A stretch of DNA of 32,000 nucleotides, from NCBI RefSeq assembly GCF_000354175.2, contig NC_022349.1:1110001-1142000 (forward strand), in the 5' to 3' direction. The stretch comes from Vibrio alginolyticus NBRC 15630 = ATCC 17749 (GTDB lineage Bacteria; Pseudomonadota; Gammaproteobacteria; Enterobacterales; Vibrionaceae). Of the stretch, positions 1-10,437 are shown piece after piece. A program made the position numbers and the translations under genes. Position 1 is the first letter of the stretch. Each line of letters starts with the position of its first letter. Below the pieces are notes generated by a model. It worked only from the letters and a program-made list of their open reading frames with translations, did no database searches and was not told where the DNA came from.

Positions 1-732
1 CCTTCTCCACTGGCGGCTTACAAAGAACTGAAACAAAGTAACCCAAGCCCTTACATGTTCTACATGCAAGATGAGCTGTTCACTCTGTTTGGCGCATCAC
101 CTGAAAGCGCGCTTAAGTATGAAACCGATACCAACCAAATTGAAATCTACCCAATTGCAGGCACACGTCGCCGCGGTAAGCGCCCGAATGGAGAGATCGA
201 TTTCGACCTAGATAGCCGCATCGAACTTGAACTACGCACCGACATGAAAGAAAACGCAGAACACATGATGTTGGTTGACTTGGCACGTAACGACGTCGCT
301 CGTATTGCTCAAGCTGGCACTCGCCACGTAGCAGACCTTCTAAAAGTCGACCGTTACAGCCACGTGATGCACTTGGTATCACGCGTGGTTGGTCAACTGC
401 GTGAAGACCTAGACGCGCTGCACGCATACCAAGCTTGTATGAACATGGGCACGCTCACTGGTGCACCAAAGATTCGCGCAATGCAGTTGATTCGCGATGT
501 GGAAGGCGCACGTCGCGGTAGCTACGGCGGTGCGGTTGGTTACCTAACTGGTGAAGGCACACTCGACACGTGTATCGTCATTCGCTCAGCGTACGTTGAG
601 AACGGCATTGCTCAAGTTCAAGCTGGTGCTGGCGTGGTGTTCGATTCTGATCCACAAGCAGAAGCAGACGAAACGCGCGGCAAAGCACAAGCGGTAATCT
701 CTGCTATCCAAGCAGCGCATAAATCACAATAA
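1..732 (+). CDS. trpE: Anthranilate synthase component I, C-terminal part (5' end outside the window)
   Basis: Frame 1 is open from nt 1 ([23 protein letters not shown]...), so the listed Met at 55 is internal. It has chorismate-utilising-enzyme C-terminal motifs ([22 protein letters not shown]). It is followed by trpG-D-CF-B-A in operon order. Stop TAA is at 730-732. Confidence 0.95.
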   Translation, partial: PSPLAAYKELKQSNPSPYMFYMQDELFTLFGASPESALKYETDTNQIEIYPIAGTRRRGKRPNGEIDFDLDSRIELELRTDMKENAEHMMLVDLARNDVARIAQAGTRHVADLLKVDRYSHVMHLVSRVVGQLREDLDALHAYQACMNMGTLTGAPKIRAMQLIRDVEGARRGSYGGAVGYLTGEGTLDTCIVIRSAYVENGIAQVQAGAGVVFDSDPQAEADETRGKAQAVISAIQAAHKSQ

Positions 733-748
733 GGAATAGGGTTCAGAG

Positions 749-1357
749 ATGGCTAATATCATTTTTATCGACAACTTTGACTCGTTCACCTACAACCTTG
801 TGGATCAATTCCGCTCGCTAGGTCACTCAGTCAAGATTTACCGAAACAACATCCCAGCAGAAACCATTGAACAAGCGGTAAACGAGCTTGAAAACCCAGT
901 GGTTCTGCTATCGCCAGGCCCAGGCGCACCGTCAGAGGCAGGCTCAATGCCAGAGCTTATCCAACGCATGAAAGGCAAAGTGCCGATGATCGGGATTTGT
1001 CTTGGTCACCAAGCGATTGTTGAAGCATACGGCGGCACCGTTGCTGGCGCAGGCGAAATCATTCACGGTAAGGTCTCTATGATGGAGCACCAAAACCATG
1101 CGATTTACCAAAACCTACCATCACCACTTGCGATTGCACGTTACCACTCGCTGGTTGCGACCAAGGTTCCTGAGAGCCTAACCATCACAGCAGAAGTGGA
1201 TGACTTGGTAATGTCTGTTGTACATGAAGAAGATAAAGTTTGCGGGTTCCAGTTCCACCCGGAATCTATTATGACGACCTACGGAGCAACACTGTTGGCC
1301 AATGCCATTGAATGGGCACTTGAAGAACAAACTTCAGCTAACCCACTCACTGCTTAA
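749..1357 (+). CDS. trpG: Anthranilate synthase component II (class I glutamine amidotransferase), separate from trpD
   Basis: 202 aa. The GATase nucleophile context is GICLGHQ and the His/Glu region is FQFHPES. It starts 16 nt after the trpE stop. Confidence 0.95.
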   Translation: MANIIFIDNFDSFTYNLVDQFRSLGHSVKIYRNNIPAETIEQAVNELENPVVLLSPGPGAPSEAGSMPELIQRMKGKVPMIGICLGHQAIVEAYGGTVAGAGEIIHGKVSMMEHQNHAIYQNLPSPLAIARYHSLVATKVPESLTITAEVDDLVMSVVHEEDKVCGFQFHPESIMTTYGATLLANAIEWALEEQTSANPLTA

Positions 1358-1393
1358 AAAGCACTGGCACATAAGAAATTTAGGAGAGGAAAT

Positions 1394-2404
1394 ATGGAAG
1401 CAATCATCAACCCTATTATTACCAAACTGTACGAGCAAGAATCGCTTACTCAAGAAGAGAGCCAACAGCTATTCGACATCATTATCCGTGGTGAGCTAGA
1501 CCCAATTTTGATGGCATCAGCGCTGACTGCACTAAAAATCAAAGGCGAAACACCAGATGAAATAGCAGGCGCGGCAAAAGCGCTGCTGGCAAATGCAAAC
1601 CCATTCCCTCGTCCAGATTATGATTTCGCGGATATCGTAGGTACTGGCGGCGACGGTCACAACACCATCAACATTTCAACCACTGCGGCGTTTGTTGCTG
1701 CAGCATGTGGTCTAAAAGTAGCGAAACACGGTAACCGCAGCGTTTCAAGCAAATCGGGTTCTTCTGACCTTCTTGATTCATTTGGTATCAACCTAGCTAT
1801 GAGCGCAGACGATACGCGCAAAGCGGTCGACGATATCGGTGTTGCTTTCCTATTTGCACCTCAGTACCACGGTGGTGTGCGCCATGCGATGCCAGTGCGT
1901 CAAACCATGAAAACGCGCACCATCTTTAACATTCTTGGCCCACTGATTAACCCTGCTCGTCCTAACATCGAATTGATGGGCGTTTACAGTGAAGAACTGG
2001 TTCGTCCTATCGCAGAAACCATGCTACAAATGGGTATGAAGCGCGCCGCTGTAGTACACGGTAGTGGTTTGGATGAAGTGGCGATTCACGGCGAAACAAC
2101 CATTGCTGAAATCAAAGACGGTAAGATCACAGAATATAAACTAACGCCTGCAGACTTCGGTCTAGAAGCGCACCCACTAGAAGCGATCAAAGGTGGCGAT
2201 CCTGAAGAAAACAAGGCGATCATTACCAATATTCTGACGGGTAAAGGTACAGACGCACAATTGGGTGCAGTGGCGGTGAACGTTGCTCTGCTAATGCGTC
2301 TATTCGGCCACGAAGATTTAAAAGCCAACACGCAACAAGCGATTGAGGCAATGAATTCAGGCAAGGCGTACCAATTGGTACAACAACTTGCCGCACACGC
2401 TTAA
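1394..2404 (+). CDS. trpD: Anthranilate phosphoribosyltransferase
   Basis: 336 aa. It has the GTGGDG and KHGNRSVSSKSGSSD motifs typical of TrpD. A strong SD (TAGGAGAGGA) lies upstream of the ATG. Confidence 0.95.
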   Translation: MEAIINPIITKLYEQESLTQEESQQLFDIIIRGELDPILMASALTALKIKGETPDEIAGAAKALLANANPFPRPDYDFADIVGTGGDGHNTINISTTAAFVAAACGLKVAKHGNRSVSSKSGSSDLLDSFGINLAMSADDTRKAVDDIGVAFLFAPQYHGGVRHAMPVRQTMKTRTIFNILGPLINPARPNIELMGVYSEELVRPIAETMLQMGMKRAAVVHGSGLDEVAIHGETTIAEIKDGKITEYKLTPADFGLEAHPLEAIKGGDPEENKAIITNILTGKGTDAQLGAVAVNVALLMRLFGHEDLKANTQQAIEAMNSGKAYQLVQQLAAHA

Positions 2405-2417
2405 GGAATTGAAGAAG

Positions 2418-3857
2418 ATGACTGACTTCAACACTCAGCAAGCTGACAACCTGTCTGAGCACGTTTCTAAAAAAGAAGCAGAAATGGCAGAAGTACTGGC
2501 GAAAATTGTCCGCGATAAATATCAATGGGTAGCAGACCGTAAGGTGTCTCAACCGCTAAGCACATTTCAGTCTGATTTGCTGCCATCGGACCGCAGCTTC
2601 TACGACGCTCTGAGTGGTGAAAAGACGGCGTTCATCACCGAATGTAAGAAGGCATCTCCTTCTAAAGGTTTGATTCGTGATCACTTCGACTTGGATTACA
2701 TTGCATCGGTTTATAACAACCATGCTGATGCAATTTCAGTATTAACAGACGAAAAATACTTCCAAGGTAACTTTGACTTTCTTCCTCAAGTGCGCGGTCA
2801 AGTCAAACAACCCGTTCTGTGCAAAGACTTCATGGTAGATACCTACCAAGTTTACCTAGCACGTCATTACAGTGCTGATGCTGTGCTACTGATGCTTTCT
2901 GTCCTGAATGACGAAGAGTATAAAGCCTTAGAAGAAGCAGCACACAGCCTGAACATGGGTATCCTGACCGAAGTCAGCAACGAAGAAGAGCTTCATCGTG
3001 CAGTTAAGCTAGGCGCACACGTTATCGGCATCAATAACCGTAACCTTCGCGACCTAAGTACTGATTTGAATCGTACAAAAGAACTGGCACCGACAATTCG
3101 CGAACTGGCTCCTAACGCAACAGTAATCTCAGAATCTGGCATTTATACCCATCAACAAGTTCGTGATTTAGCAGAATTCGCAGACGGCTTCTTGATTGGT
3201 AGTTCGCTGATGGCGGAAGACAACCTTGAACTTGCAGTACGTAAAGTGACGCTGGGTGAAAACAAAGTCTGTGGTCTTACTCATCCAGATGACGCAGCGA
3301 AAGCGTATCAAGCTGGTGCGGTATTTGGTGGCCTGATTTTTGTCGAGAAGTCGAAGCGTGCGGTTGACCTTGAAGGTGCTCGCTTAACCATGAGCGGTGC
3401 TCCTCTGAATTATGTAGGCGTTTTCCAAAATCACGATATCGATTTTGTTGCTTCTGTCGTGACCTCTTTGGGTTTAAAAGCGGTGCAACTGCACGGTCAA
3501 GAAGACCAAGCTTACGTAAACCAACTCAAAGCCGAACTACCAGCAGCGGTAGAAATTTGGAAAGCTTACGGCGTGACTGATGCCAAGCCAGAACTGCTAG
3601 CAGACAACATTGATCGCCATTTATTAGATGCGCAAGTTGGCACTCAAACTGGTGGAACTGGTCAAGTGTTCGACTGGTCACTGATCGGCGACCCAAGTCA
3701 AATTATGCTAGCGGGCGGACTGTCGCCAGAAAATGCTCAACAAGCAGCGACACTAGGTTGCTTGGGATTAGATTTAAACTCTGGTGTAGAAAGCGCACCA
3801 GGCAAAAAAGATTCACAGAAGTTGCTCGCGGCATTCACTGCTATTCGCAACTACTAA
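2418..3857 (+). CDS. trpC: Bifunctional indole-3-glycerol-phosphate synthase / phosphoribosylanthranilate isomerase
   Basis: The IGPS half ([21 protein letters not shown]) is fused to the PRAI half (KVCGLT...LAGGL). The start is ambiguous. The ORF opens at 2388, overlapping trpD. ATG 2418 follows AAGGA/GAAGAAG just after the trpD stop. ATG 2484 (MAEVLAKIV) aligns with the E. coli TrpC N-terminus as I recall it. The 3' end is firm. Confidence 0.9.
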   Translation: MTDFNTQQADNLSEHVSKKEAEMAEVLAKIVRDKYQWVADRKVSQPLSTFQSDLLPSDRSFYDALSGEKTAFITECKKASPSKGLIRDHFDLDYIASVYNNHADAISVLTDEKYFQGNFDFLPQVRGQVKQPVLCKDFMVDTYQVYLARHYSADAVLLMLSVLNDEEYKALEEAAHSLNMGILTEVSNEEELHRAVKLGAHVIGINNRNLRDLSTDLNRTKELAPTIRELAPNATVISESGIYTHQQVRDLAEFADGFLIGSSLMAEDNLELAVRKVTLGENKVCGLTHPDDAAKAYQAGAVFGGLIFVEKSKRAVDLEGARLTMSGAPLNYVGVFQNHDIDFVASVVTSLGLKAVQLHGQEDQAYVNQLKAELPAAVEIWKAYGVTDAKPELLADNIDRHLLDAQVGTQTGGTGQVFDWSLIGDPSQIMLAGGLSPENAQQAATLGCLGLDLNSGVESAPGKKDSQKLLAAFTAIRNY

Positions 3858-3921
3858 AGCTGGATATCAGCTAAAAAATTTAAAGCTATTCGTAGCGAAA
3901 AATACGAGAAGGAATATAACG

Positions 3922-5112
3922 ATGGCAAAACTGAATGCCTACTTTGGCGAATACGGCGGTCAGTACGTTCCGCAAATTCTAGTTCCAGCACTGGAGCAAC
4001 TAGAGCAAGCGTTTATCGACGCGCAAGAAGATCCAGAATTCCGCAGCGAATTCATGACGCTTCTTCAAGAGTATGCGGGCCGTCCAACGGCTTTGACTCT
4101 AACTCGTAACCTAACCAAAGGTACGAAAACCAAACTGTACCTAAAACGTGAAGACCTACTTCACGGTGGCGCGCACAAGACCAACCAAGTGTTGGGTCAA
4201 GCGCTGCTTGCAAAACGCATGGGTAAAAACGAAATCATCGCAGAAACAGGCGCAGGCCAACACGGTGTAGCAACTGCACTAGCGTGTGCGCTGCTTGGCC
4301 TTAAGTGTCGCGTTTACATGGGTGCAAAAGACGTTGAGCGTCAAAGCCCGAACGTATTCCGTATGAAACTAATGGGCGCAGAAGTTATCCCTGTCCACTC
4401 GGGCTCTGCGACACTTAAAGATGCATGTAACGAAGCGCTACGCGACTGGTCTGCAACTTATGAAGACGCGCACTACCTACTAGGTACAGCGGCAGGTCCT
4501 CACCCATTCCCAACCATCGTGCGTGACTTCCAACGCATGATTGGTGAAGAAACGAAGAATCAGATTTTGGCACGTGAAGGTCGTCTTCCTGATGCGGTTA
4601 TCGCATGTGTGGGCGGTGGTTCAAACGCTATCGGCATGTTTGCTGACTTCATCGAAGAAGAAAGTGTTCGCCTAATTGGTGTTGAACCAGCAGGTAAAGG
4701 TATCGATACTGACCAGCACGGTGCACCACTTAAGCATGGTAAAACAGGCATCTTCTTCGGTATGAAAGCGCCATTGATGCAAGATCCAAACGGTCAAGTA
4801 GAAGAGTCTTACTCGGTATCTGCTGGCCTTGATTTCCCTTCAGTTGGCCCACAACACGCACACCTAAACGCAATTGGCCGTGCTGAATACGACAACGTGA
4901 CAGACGATGAAGCGCTAGAAGCATTCCAAGAGATTGCACGTCACGAAGGTATCATCCCTGCTCTTGAATCTTCTCACGCCGTGGCACACGCACTAAGTAT
5001 GGCACGTGAGAATCCAGAAAAAGAGCAATTGTTGGTTGTTAACCTATCAGGTCGTGGTGATAAAGATATCTTCACTGTACATGCCATCCTAGAAGAAAAA
5101 GGAGCAATCTAA
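3922..5112 (+). CDS. trpB: Tryptophan synthase beta chain
   Basis: 396 aa. It has the PLP-lysine context [11 protein letters not shown] and the GGGSNAIG loop. An SD (GAAGGA) lies upstream. Confidence 0.97.
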   Translation: MAKLNAYFGEYGGQYVPQILVPALEQLEQAFIDAQEDPEFRSEFMTLLQEYAGRPTALTLTRNLTKGTKTKLYLKREDLLHGGAHKTNQVLGQALLAKRMGKNEIIAETGAGQHGVATALACALLGLKCRVYMGAKDVERQSPNVFRMKLMGAEVIPVHSGSATLKDACNEALRDWSATYEDAHYLLGTAAGPHPFPTIVRDFQRMIGEETKNQILAREGRLPDAVIACVGGGSNAIGMFADFIEEESVRLIGVEPAGKGIDTDQHGAPLKHGKTGIFFGMKAPLMQDPNGQVEESYSVSAGLDFPSVGPQHAHLNAIGRAEYDNVTDDEALEAFQEIARHEGIIPALESSHAVAHALSMARENPEKEQLLVVNLSGRGDKDIFTVHAILEEKGAI

Positions 5113-5918
5113 TGAGCCGTTATGAGAAGATGTTTGCGCGCCTAAACGAAAAGAGCCAAGGCGCATTTGTACCGTTCGTAACGGTTTGCGATCCAAACGC
5201 AGAGCAATCTTACAAAATCATGGAAACACTGGTTGAGTCTGGCGCAGATGCCCTTGAACTTGGTATTCCATTCTCAGATCCACTAGCCGATGGCCCAACC
5301 ATCCAAGGCGCTAACATTCGCGCGTTAGAGTCAGGTGCAACACCAGATATCTGCTTCGAGCAAATCGGTAAGATCCGAGCTAAGTACCCAGAGTTGCCTA
5401 TTGGTCTTCTGATGTACGCGAACCTTGTTTACTCTCGTGGTATCGAGAACTTCTATGAGCGTTGTGCAAAAGCAGGCATCGATTCTGTTTTGATTGCAGA
5501 TGTGCCAACTAATGAAAGTGCCGAATTTGTTGCTGCTGCAGAAAAGTTTGGTATTCACCCAATCTTCATCGCACCACCAACGGCAAGTGATGAAACACTG
5601 AAGCAAGTATCAGAGTTAGGTGGCGGCTACACTTACCTACTCTCTCGTGCAGGTGTTACTGGCGCAGAAACCAAAGCAAACATGCCTGTAGGTCATATGC
5701 TGGATAGACTGAACCAATTTGATGCACCACCAGCGCTACTTGGTTTTGGCATCTCTGAGCCAGCACAGGTGAAACAAGCACTAGAATCTGGCGCCGCTGG
5801 TGCAATTTCTGGTTCAGCCGTGGTCAAAATCATTGAAGCGAACGTTGAGCAGCCACAAATTATGCTCGACAAGCTAGGTGAATTCGTTTCTGCAATGAAA
5901 GCTGCCACTCAAAAATAA
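5112..5918 (+). CDS. trpA: Tryptophan synthase alpha chain
   Basis: 268 aa. It contains [18 protein letters not shown]. The start overlaps the trpB stop as TAATG (5110-5114), which indicates translational coupling. Confidence 0.97.
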   Translation: MSRYEKMFARLNEKSQGAFVPFVTVCDPNAEQSYKIMETLVESGADALELGIPFSDPLADGPTIQGANIRALESGATPDICFEQIGKIRAKYPELPIGLLMYANLVYSRGIENFYERCAKAGIDSVLIADVPTNESAEFVAAAEKFGIHPIFIAPPTASDETLKQVSELGGGYTYLLSRAGVTGAETKANMPVGHMLDRLNQFDAPPALLGFGISEPAQVKQALESGAAGAISGSAVVKIIEANVEQPQIMLDKLGEFVSAMKAATQK

Positions 5919-5940
5919 TTTCAGTTTGATATGACACAAC

Positions 5941-5980
5941 AACGCCCGCTTAACATTATGTTTAGTGGGCGTTTTCTTAC
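5941..5980 (+). terminator. Rho-independent terminator of the trp operon
   Basis: AACGCCCGCT (5941-5950) pairs with AGTGGGCGTT (5964-5973) with one G-U pair. It is followed by TTTCTT. Confidence 0.7.
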
Positions 5981-6114
5981 TATCGCGTTTATACCACGTC
6001 ATTTTTTGTTCAACGCCCGCACTTTCCAAATCTATCTCAAGCAGAGCACTCCAAGAGTGTTAAGCTTGGGTAACTTAACTAACTCAATAAAGCAATGTGC
6101 AGTAAGGTTGCTAC

Positions 6115-6810
6115 ATGGAAGAAGTCAAAACACTGCTAGCCAAATGTCCTGTACTATCAGGGCTGCCAGATAAAGGGCTTAGTGAAGCAGCGCAAATGAC
6201 TAAGGTTCGCTGCTTCGACGAAAAAGCACTGATTTGCAATAAAGGTGCGCTTCAATCTTCTCTTATGGTCATAGCTCAAGGTGCAGTGAGAGTGAACTCA
6301 ATTAGTTCAAAAGGCAAAGAAGTCACACTGATGATTTTCGAAGCTGGTGGCTGGTTTGGAGACAATGTTTTTTCTCCCGGTATGCCTCGTATTTTTGGTG
6401 CGACCGCGCATTCGGACGTGACTGTAATGGAGCTTCCTGGAGATAAATTTCGCCAATTACTCGCCAAATACCCTCAAAGTTACCCCACTATACTCGACTT
6501 ACTTAGCCGCCGCTTGTGGTCTGCTATTTCTGTTATCGAAGATGACGCGATTAGAGGAATTGAAGAACGAGTCGCCAAAAGGTTGCTGCTACTTGCTGAA
6601 TACCAACTTAATCAAGCGATCGATACTCGACCATGCGTTGTCAGGGTAACAAGAGAACATATCGCTAACATGATGGGGCTAACTCGTCAAAGCGTACACA
6701 AGATACTAAAACGATTAGAAAGTATCGGGATGCTAGAGCTAAACTATGGCTCAGTAACCATTACCAATCCGAAACGCTTAGAAGAATACTTTAAAGAACT
6801 CGAGCAATAG
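6115..6810 (+). CDS. Crp/Fnr-family transcriptional regulator (cNMP-binding-like domain plus C-terminal HTH)
   Basis: 231 aa. It has a beta-barrel-type region (FEAGGWFGD...ATA) and an HTH (REHIANMMGLTRQSVHKILKRLE). There is no N-terminal Cys cluster, so it is not an FNR-type Fe-S sensor. An SD (TAAGG) lies upstream. Confidence 0.85.
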   Translation: MEEVKTLLAKCPVLSGLPDKGLSEAAQMTKVRCFDEKALICNKGALQSSLMVIAQGAVRVNSISSKGKEVTLMIFEAGGWFGDNVFSPGMPRIFGATAHSDVTVMELPGDKFRQLLAKYPQSYPTILDLLSRRLWSAISVIEDDAIRGIEERVAKRLLLLAEYQLNQAIDTRPCVVRVTREHIANMMGLTRQSVHKILKRLESIGMLELNYGSVTITNPKRLEEYFKELEQ

Positions 6811-6936
6811 ATCCATTCAACAAACGGTAAGTATTGTCTAACGATATCTAAAAAACTTATGCATCTAATTGGTCAAGAGCACAACACCATTTGCACTTAG
6901 GCAAGTGGCGCTGTGACACAAAAACCATTGAATTGA

Positions 6937-8478
6937 CTAAGCTATATTCAATTCAGATTTCAACTCACGTTTCAAAATCTTTCCTGTCGCACTCATCGGG
7001 AGGTGTTCACGAATTTCGACATAACGAGGATATTTAAACGAGGCTAATTGCTCTTTACCCCACTTTTGTAATGAATCGGCGTCAATGTATTCTTTTGGTT
7101 TAAGTACAACGTAGGCTTTTATCTCTTCGCCATACTCTTCATTTGGAATCCCTATCACCGCGACCATTGAAACTGCAGGATGAGTCATGAAAACTTCTTC
7201 AATTTCTCTGGGATAAACATTAAATCCACCTCGAATGATCAGATCTTTCATTCTATCGACAATAAATAAATTACCTGAACTGTCAAAGCGGCCCACATCA
7301 CCAGTATGGAACCAACCATTTTGTAGCGCAGATTCAGTAACTTCTGGGCGATCAAGATATCCCTTCATAACATTATGACCACGCACAACAATCTCACCTT
7401 CTTCGCCTATCGGTAGTGCATTGCCTTCAATGTCGATAACTCTTACTTCGACGCCTTGAACCGGTTGACCTACCGAGCCTGGTATACGCTCCTGATCCAA
7501 ATGATTAAAACATGCAATAGGACTTGTCTCCGACAAGCCGTACCCTTCTAAGATCGGCACATTAAATGTTTCTTCAAAGGTTCGAAAGATTTCGGTTGGT
7601 AATGGCGCACCACCGCTTACTGCAACACGCAATGACGAGGTATCAAATTGATGCTGCACATGAAGCAGACCGATGTACATCGTTGGTACACCAGCAAATA
7701 TCGTCACCCTACGTTTTTCCACCAGCTCAAGAACATGTTTAGGCTCAAACCTAGGCACTAACACCAATGTTGCCCCGCCCAAAACACTAGCATTTAAGTG
7801 GACGGTTTGACCAAATGTATGAAATAAAGGCAAAGTTACTAAGTGAATATCATCGGCCTGGCTGCCCATAATGTTTTGTGCCACCAGAGCGTTCATTATG
7901 ATGTTCTGCTGAGTCAGCTCAGCGCCTTTTGGTAAGCCTGTCGTCCCTGATGTATACAAAATCACACAAGTATCATCCGCATTACGCGGTATATAATCCG
8001 GCAACGGTTGGACATCGGCTATAAACGCATTGAGAGTTATTACACCATTCCAATAGCTTTCATCTTGAGATTGAGTCAGTACGACTATGCCTTCGCATGT
8101 ATCGACTTGTTCAAAGGCTTTGACGCCCTCTTTTGCCATTGGCAGTTCTTTCGTCCCTTCAAAGCAGAAATAAAACTTCGCTTTTGAATCTTCTAAGTGA
8201 TACTTAATTTCTCGCGCTTTCAAAAGCACATTTAATGGGACTGCAACCGCGCCGGCTTTTTGTATTGCATAATAAACAAACGCGAAAAAAGGATTGTTTG
8301 GGCATGAAATCGCAACGCGGTCACCTGGCTTTACGCCTTTATTGATTAAAGACGCTGCGATCTTACCGGCGACCGCATCAAACTGCTCATAATTTATCTT
8401 TTCAGCGCCACATATCAACGCCGTTTTATCTGGTTTACTCGCAGCATTTCTTTGTAACGCAGCAGCAAGATTCATCAT
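6937..8478 (-). CDS. AMP-dependent synthetase / long-chain-fatty-acid--CoA ligase family
   Basis: It has the AMP-binding signature YTSGTTGLPKG, plus EGYGLSETS, TGD and a C-terminal GKILKR. The ORF opens at 8553, but the ATGATG at 8478-8473 is preceded by AAGAGG at good spacing and gives the N-terminus MMNLAAALQRNA. Confidence 0.85.
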   Translation of the reverse strand: MMNLAAALQRNAASKPDKTALICGAEKINYEQFDAVAGKIAASLINKGVKPGDRVAISCPNNPFFAFVYYAIQKAGAVAVPLNVLLKAREIKYHLEDSKAKFYFCFEGTKELPMAKEGVKAFEQVDTCEGIVVLTQSQDESYWNGVITLNAFIADVQPLPDYIPRNADDTCVILYTSGTTGLPKGAELTQQNIIMNALVAQNIMGSQADDIHLVTLPLFHTFGQTVHLNASVLGGATLVLVPRFEPKHVLELVEKRRVTIFAGVPTMYIGLLHVQHQFDTSSLRVAVSGGAPLPTEIFRTFEETFNVPILEGYGLSETSPIACFNHLDQERIPGSVGQPVQGVEVRVIDIEGNALPIGEEGEIVVRGHNVMKGYLDRPEVTESALQNGWFHTGDVGRFDSSGNLFIVDRMKDLIIRGGFNVYPREIEEVFMTHPAVSMVAVIGIPNEEYGEEIKAYVVLKPKEYIDADSLQKWGKEQLASFKYPRYVEIREHLPMSATGKILKRELKSELNIA

Positions 8479-9021
8479 AGTATCTTTACCTCTTACTTGT
8501 CTTTCTCGTCTAATCAGCTCAGGAGCATTAACTAAGCAAGTTATCCTTAACACTGGATCGTCAGCATTTGAGTCTCACCAGTCATTGTCATTTAACATTA
8601 TGTTTACAACGCAATCAGGACTAAGAATGTAAAGCAATTAACATTTCAGAAGGCAAATTAATAAAAGTGTGAGCTTGAAAGAGATGAATTGTTATAAATA
8701 TCAACCCAAGTCACTAAAAACTCTGACTGCAATAGCAAATACAAAAGCGGTTAAAATTAACAAAAAGAAAACAAATAAAGAAAAATAAACTTGAACAATC
8801 CTAAGCGCGACCCTTATAAGAAAAATCAATAGCAAACGTTTGCCATTGAACAAAACTTTATCGTTCGTCAATAAAATATCGATTAATCCATCAATAATAC
8901 CTTGCTGCATATTGCCAATTGTAAACGATAAGTGTAAAAAGCAAGGCGAGATAATTATCCGTAAATCCATTTATGGTTAGTGGGTAATTTTAGGATTTTA
9001 CATTTTATTAGCACAGAGGTT

Positions 9022-10281
9022 ATGGAAGTGTTAAAAGAAAAGAGTTTGCTAAACAACATTGGCGTACAAGTCGTAATCGCCATGATCGTGGGCACAGCCG
9101 TTGGTGCCATGATGGGTCATGATGCGACGGTGTTCGCTCCTTTAGGTGCTATCTTTATCAACTTAATCAAAATGTTGGTTATTCCTTTGGTCGCTGTAGC
9201 CTTGATTTCTGGCGCCGCTGGTCTTGGGAACAGCCAGTCAGCAGGTAAAGTTGGTATCGTCACTCTAGGTTATTTTGGTTTAACATCCGCCCTAGCCGTT
9301 GCGCTTGCACTATTTATGGGTGAAGTATTCCAACCAGGCATGGGTATCGACGTCTCTGGCGTTGAAGGCATGTTCTCAGCAGAATACGCTTCAAAAGGTG
9401 AACTACCTACTTTCTGGGCAACCATCACTGGTATGATCCCAACCAACGTTTTCCAATCACTAAATGAAGCAAACATCCTACAGATCCTCGTTTTCTGTAT
9501 GTTCTTTGGTATTGCGATTTCTAAGCAAGCAAAAGAGCGTCGTGAACCAATCATCAATGGTGTTAACTGCATCGTTGACGCAATGGTTTGGATGATCAAC
9601 AAAGTAATGATCATTGCACCTATCGGTGTATTTGGTCTGATGGCAGAAGCCGTCGGTACGTTCGGTTTTGGTGCGCTAATGGTGGTGTTTAAACTGTTCG
9701 TTGTTTACGTTGCCGCCATCCTAATCTTCGGTTTCGTTGTTTACCCAGCAATGGTGCATGTTTTCACGAAGACATCTGCGAAGAAATTCCTGTCTTCAAT
9801 GAAGAAACCGCAAGCAGTTGCGCTTTCAACAGCGTCTTCTATGGCAACACTGCCTGTTACAATGGACACCTGTGAAAAAGAGCTGGGCGTAAAAAATTCA
9901 ACTGCATCATTTGTTCTGCCTCTAGGCGCAACGATCAACATGTCAGGTAATGCGATTTACTATGGCTTGGTTGCTATCTTCTTTGCTCAACTGTTCAATA
10001 TCGATCTAGGCATGGGCGCTTACATTGCAATTATCGTAACGTCTACATTGGGTGCGGTTGGTCAAGCGGGTGTTCCTGGCCCTTCTTTCCTAGTGGTTGC
10101 CGTGCTTCTTGCCGCTGGCATTCCAATTGAAGGTCTACCGCTGCTATTCGCTCTTGACCGTATTTTCGATATGATTCGTACAGCACTGAACATCACAGGT
10201 GATGCTGCATGTGCAGTTATCGTTGATGCGCTAATTGAAGAAGAAACGGCAGAAGCTGAGCTAAAAAAGCAAGAAGCCTAA
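9022..10281 (+). CDS. Dicarboxylate/amino acid:cation symporter (DAACS family)
   Basis: It is a multi-pass hydrophobic protein with DAACS-like motifs (SSMATLPVT, GATINMSGNA, ALNITGDA). I prefer ATG 9022, preceded by AGAGG, over the GTG at 8980. Confidence 0.85.
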   Translation: MEVLKEKSLLNNIGVQVVIAMIVGTAVGAMMGHDATVFAPLGAIFINLIKMLVIPLVAVALISGAAGLGNSQSAGKVGIVTLGYFGLTSALAVALALFMGEVFQPGMGIDVSGVEGMFSAEYASKGELPTFWATITGMIPTNVFQSLNEANILQILVFCMFFGIAISKQAKERREPIINGVNCIVDAMVWMINKVMIIAPIGVFGLMAEAVGTFGFGALMVVFKLFVVYVAAILIFGFVVYPAMVHVFTKTSAKKFLSSMKKPQAVALSTASSMATLPVTMDTCEKELGVKNSTASFVLPLGATINMSGNAIYYGLVAIFFAQLFNIDLGMGAYIAIIVTSTLGAVGQAGVPGPSFLVVAVLLAAGIPIEGLPLLFALDRIFDMIRTALNITGDAACAVIVDALIEEETAEAELKKQEA

Positions 10282-10299
10282 CCCTTTCTTGAATAGACC

Positions 10300-10329
10300 A
10301 AAAACCGCTCATAATGAGCGGTTTTTTTG
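10300..10329 (+). terminator. Rho-independent terminator after the symporter
   Basis: ACCGCTC (10304-10310) pairs with GAGCGGT (10316-10322), followed by T7. An A-run upstream gives it bidirectional potential. Confidence 0.75.
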
Positions 10330-10437
10330 TCTTTTCTTGCATTACGTAACTATACAAATAGAAACCGATGGCATAAATTTTTCAAAATGATATAAACCAT
10401 TACAAAATATAACAAAACGTTAGAGCTAGGTTATATC

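Noticed and set aside
113-5908. Antisense or alternative-frame ORFs within the trp genes (113-427, 1302-1499, 2086-2364, 2223-2552, 4560-4751, 4730-4939, 5331-5606, 5693-5908).
   Set aside because: They overlap unambiguous trp coding frames. They have no independent signals and are shadow ORFs.
5931-6173. 80-aa ORF spanning the trpA terminator and running into the Crp-family gene.
   Set aside because: It contains the terminator hairpin and overlaps the better-supported start at 6115. The translation looks non-protein-like.
8701-8970. 89-aa minus-strand ORF in the AT-rich spacer.
   Set aside because: The Ile/Leu/Phe/Lys-rich translation is what ~30% GC DNA gives by chance. It has no SD and no recognisable family. 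A small membrane peptide cannot be fully excluded.
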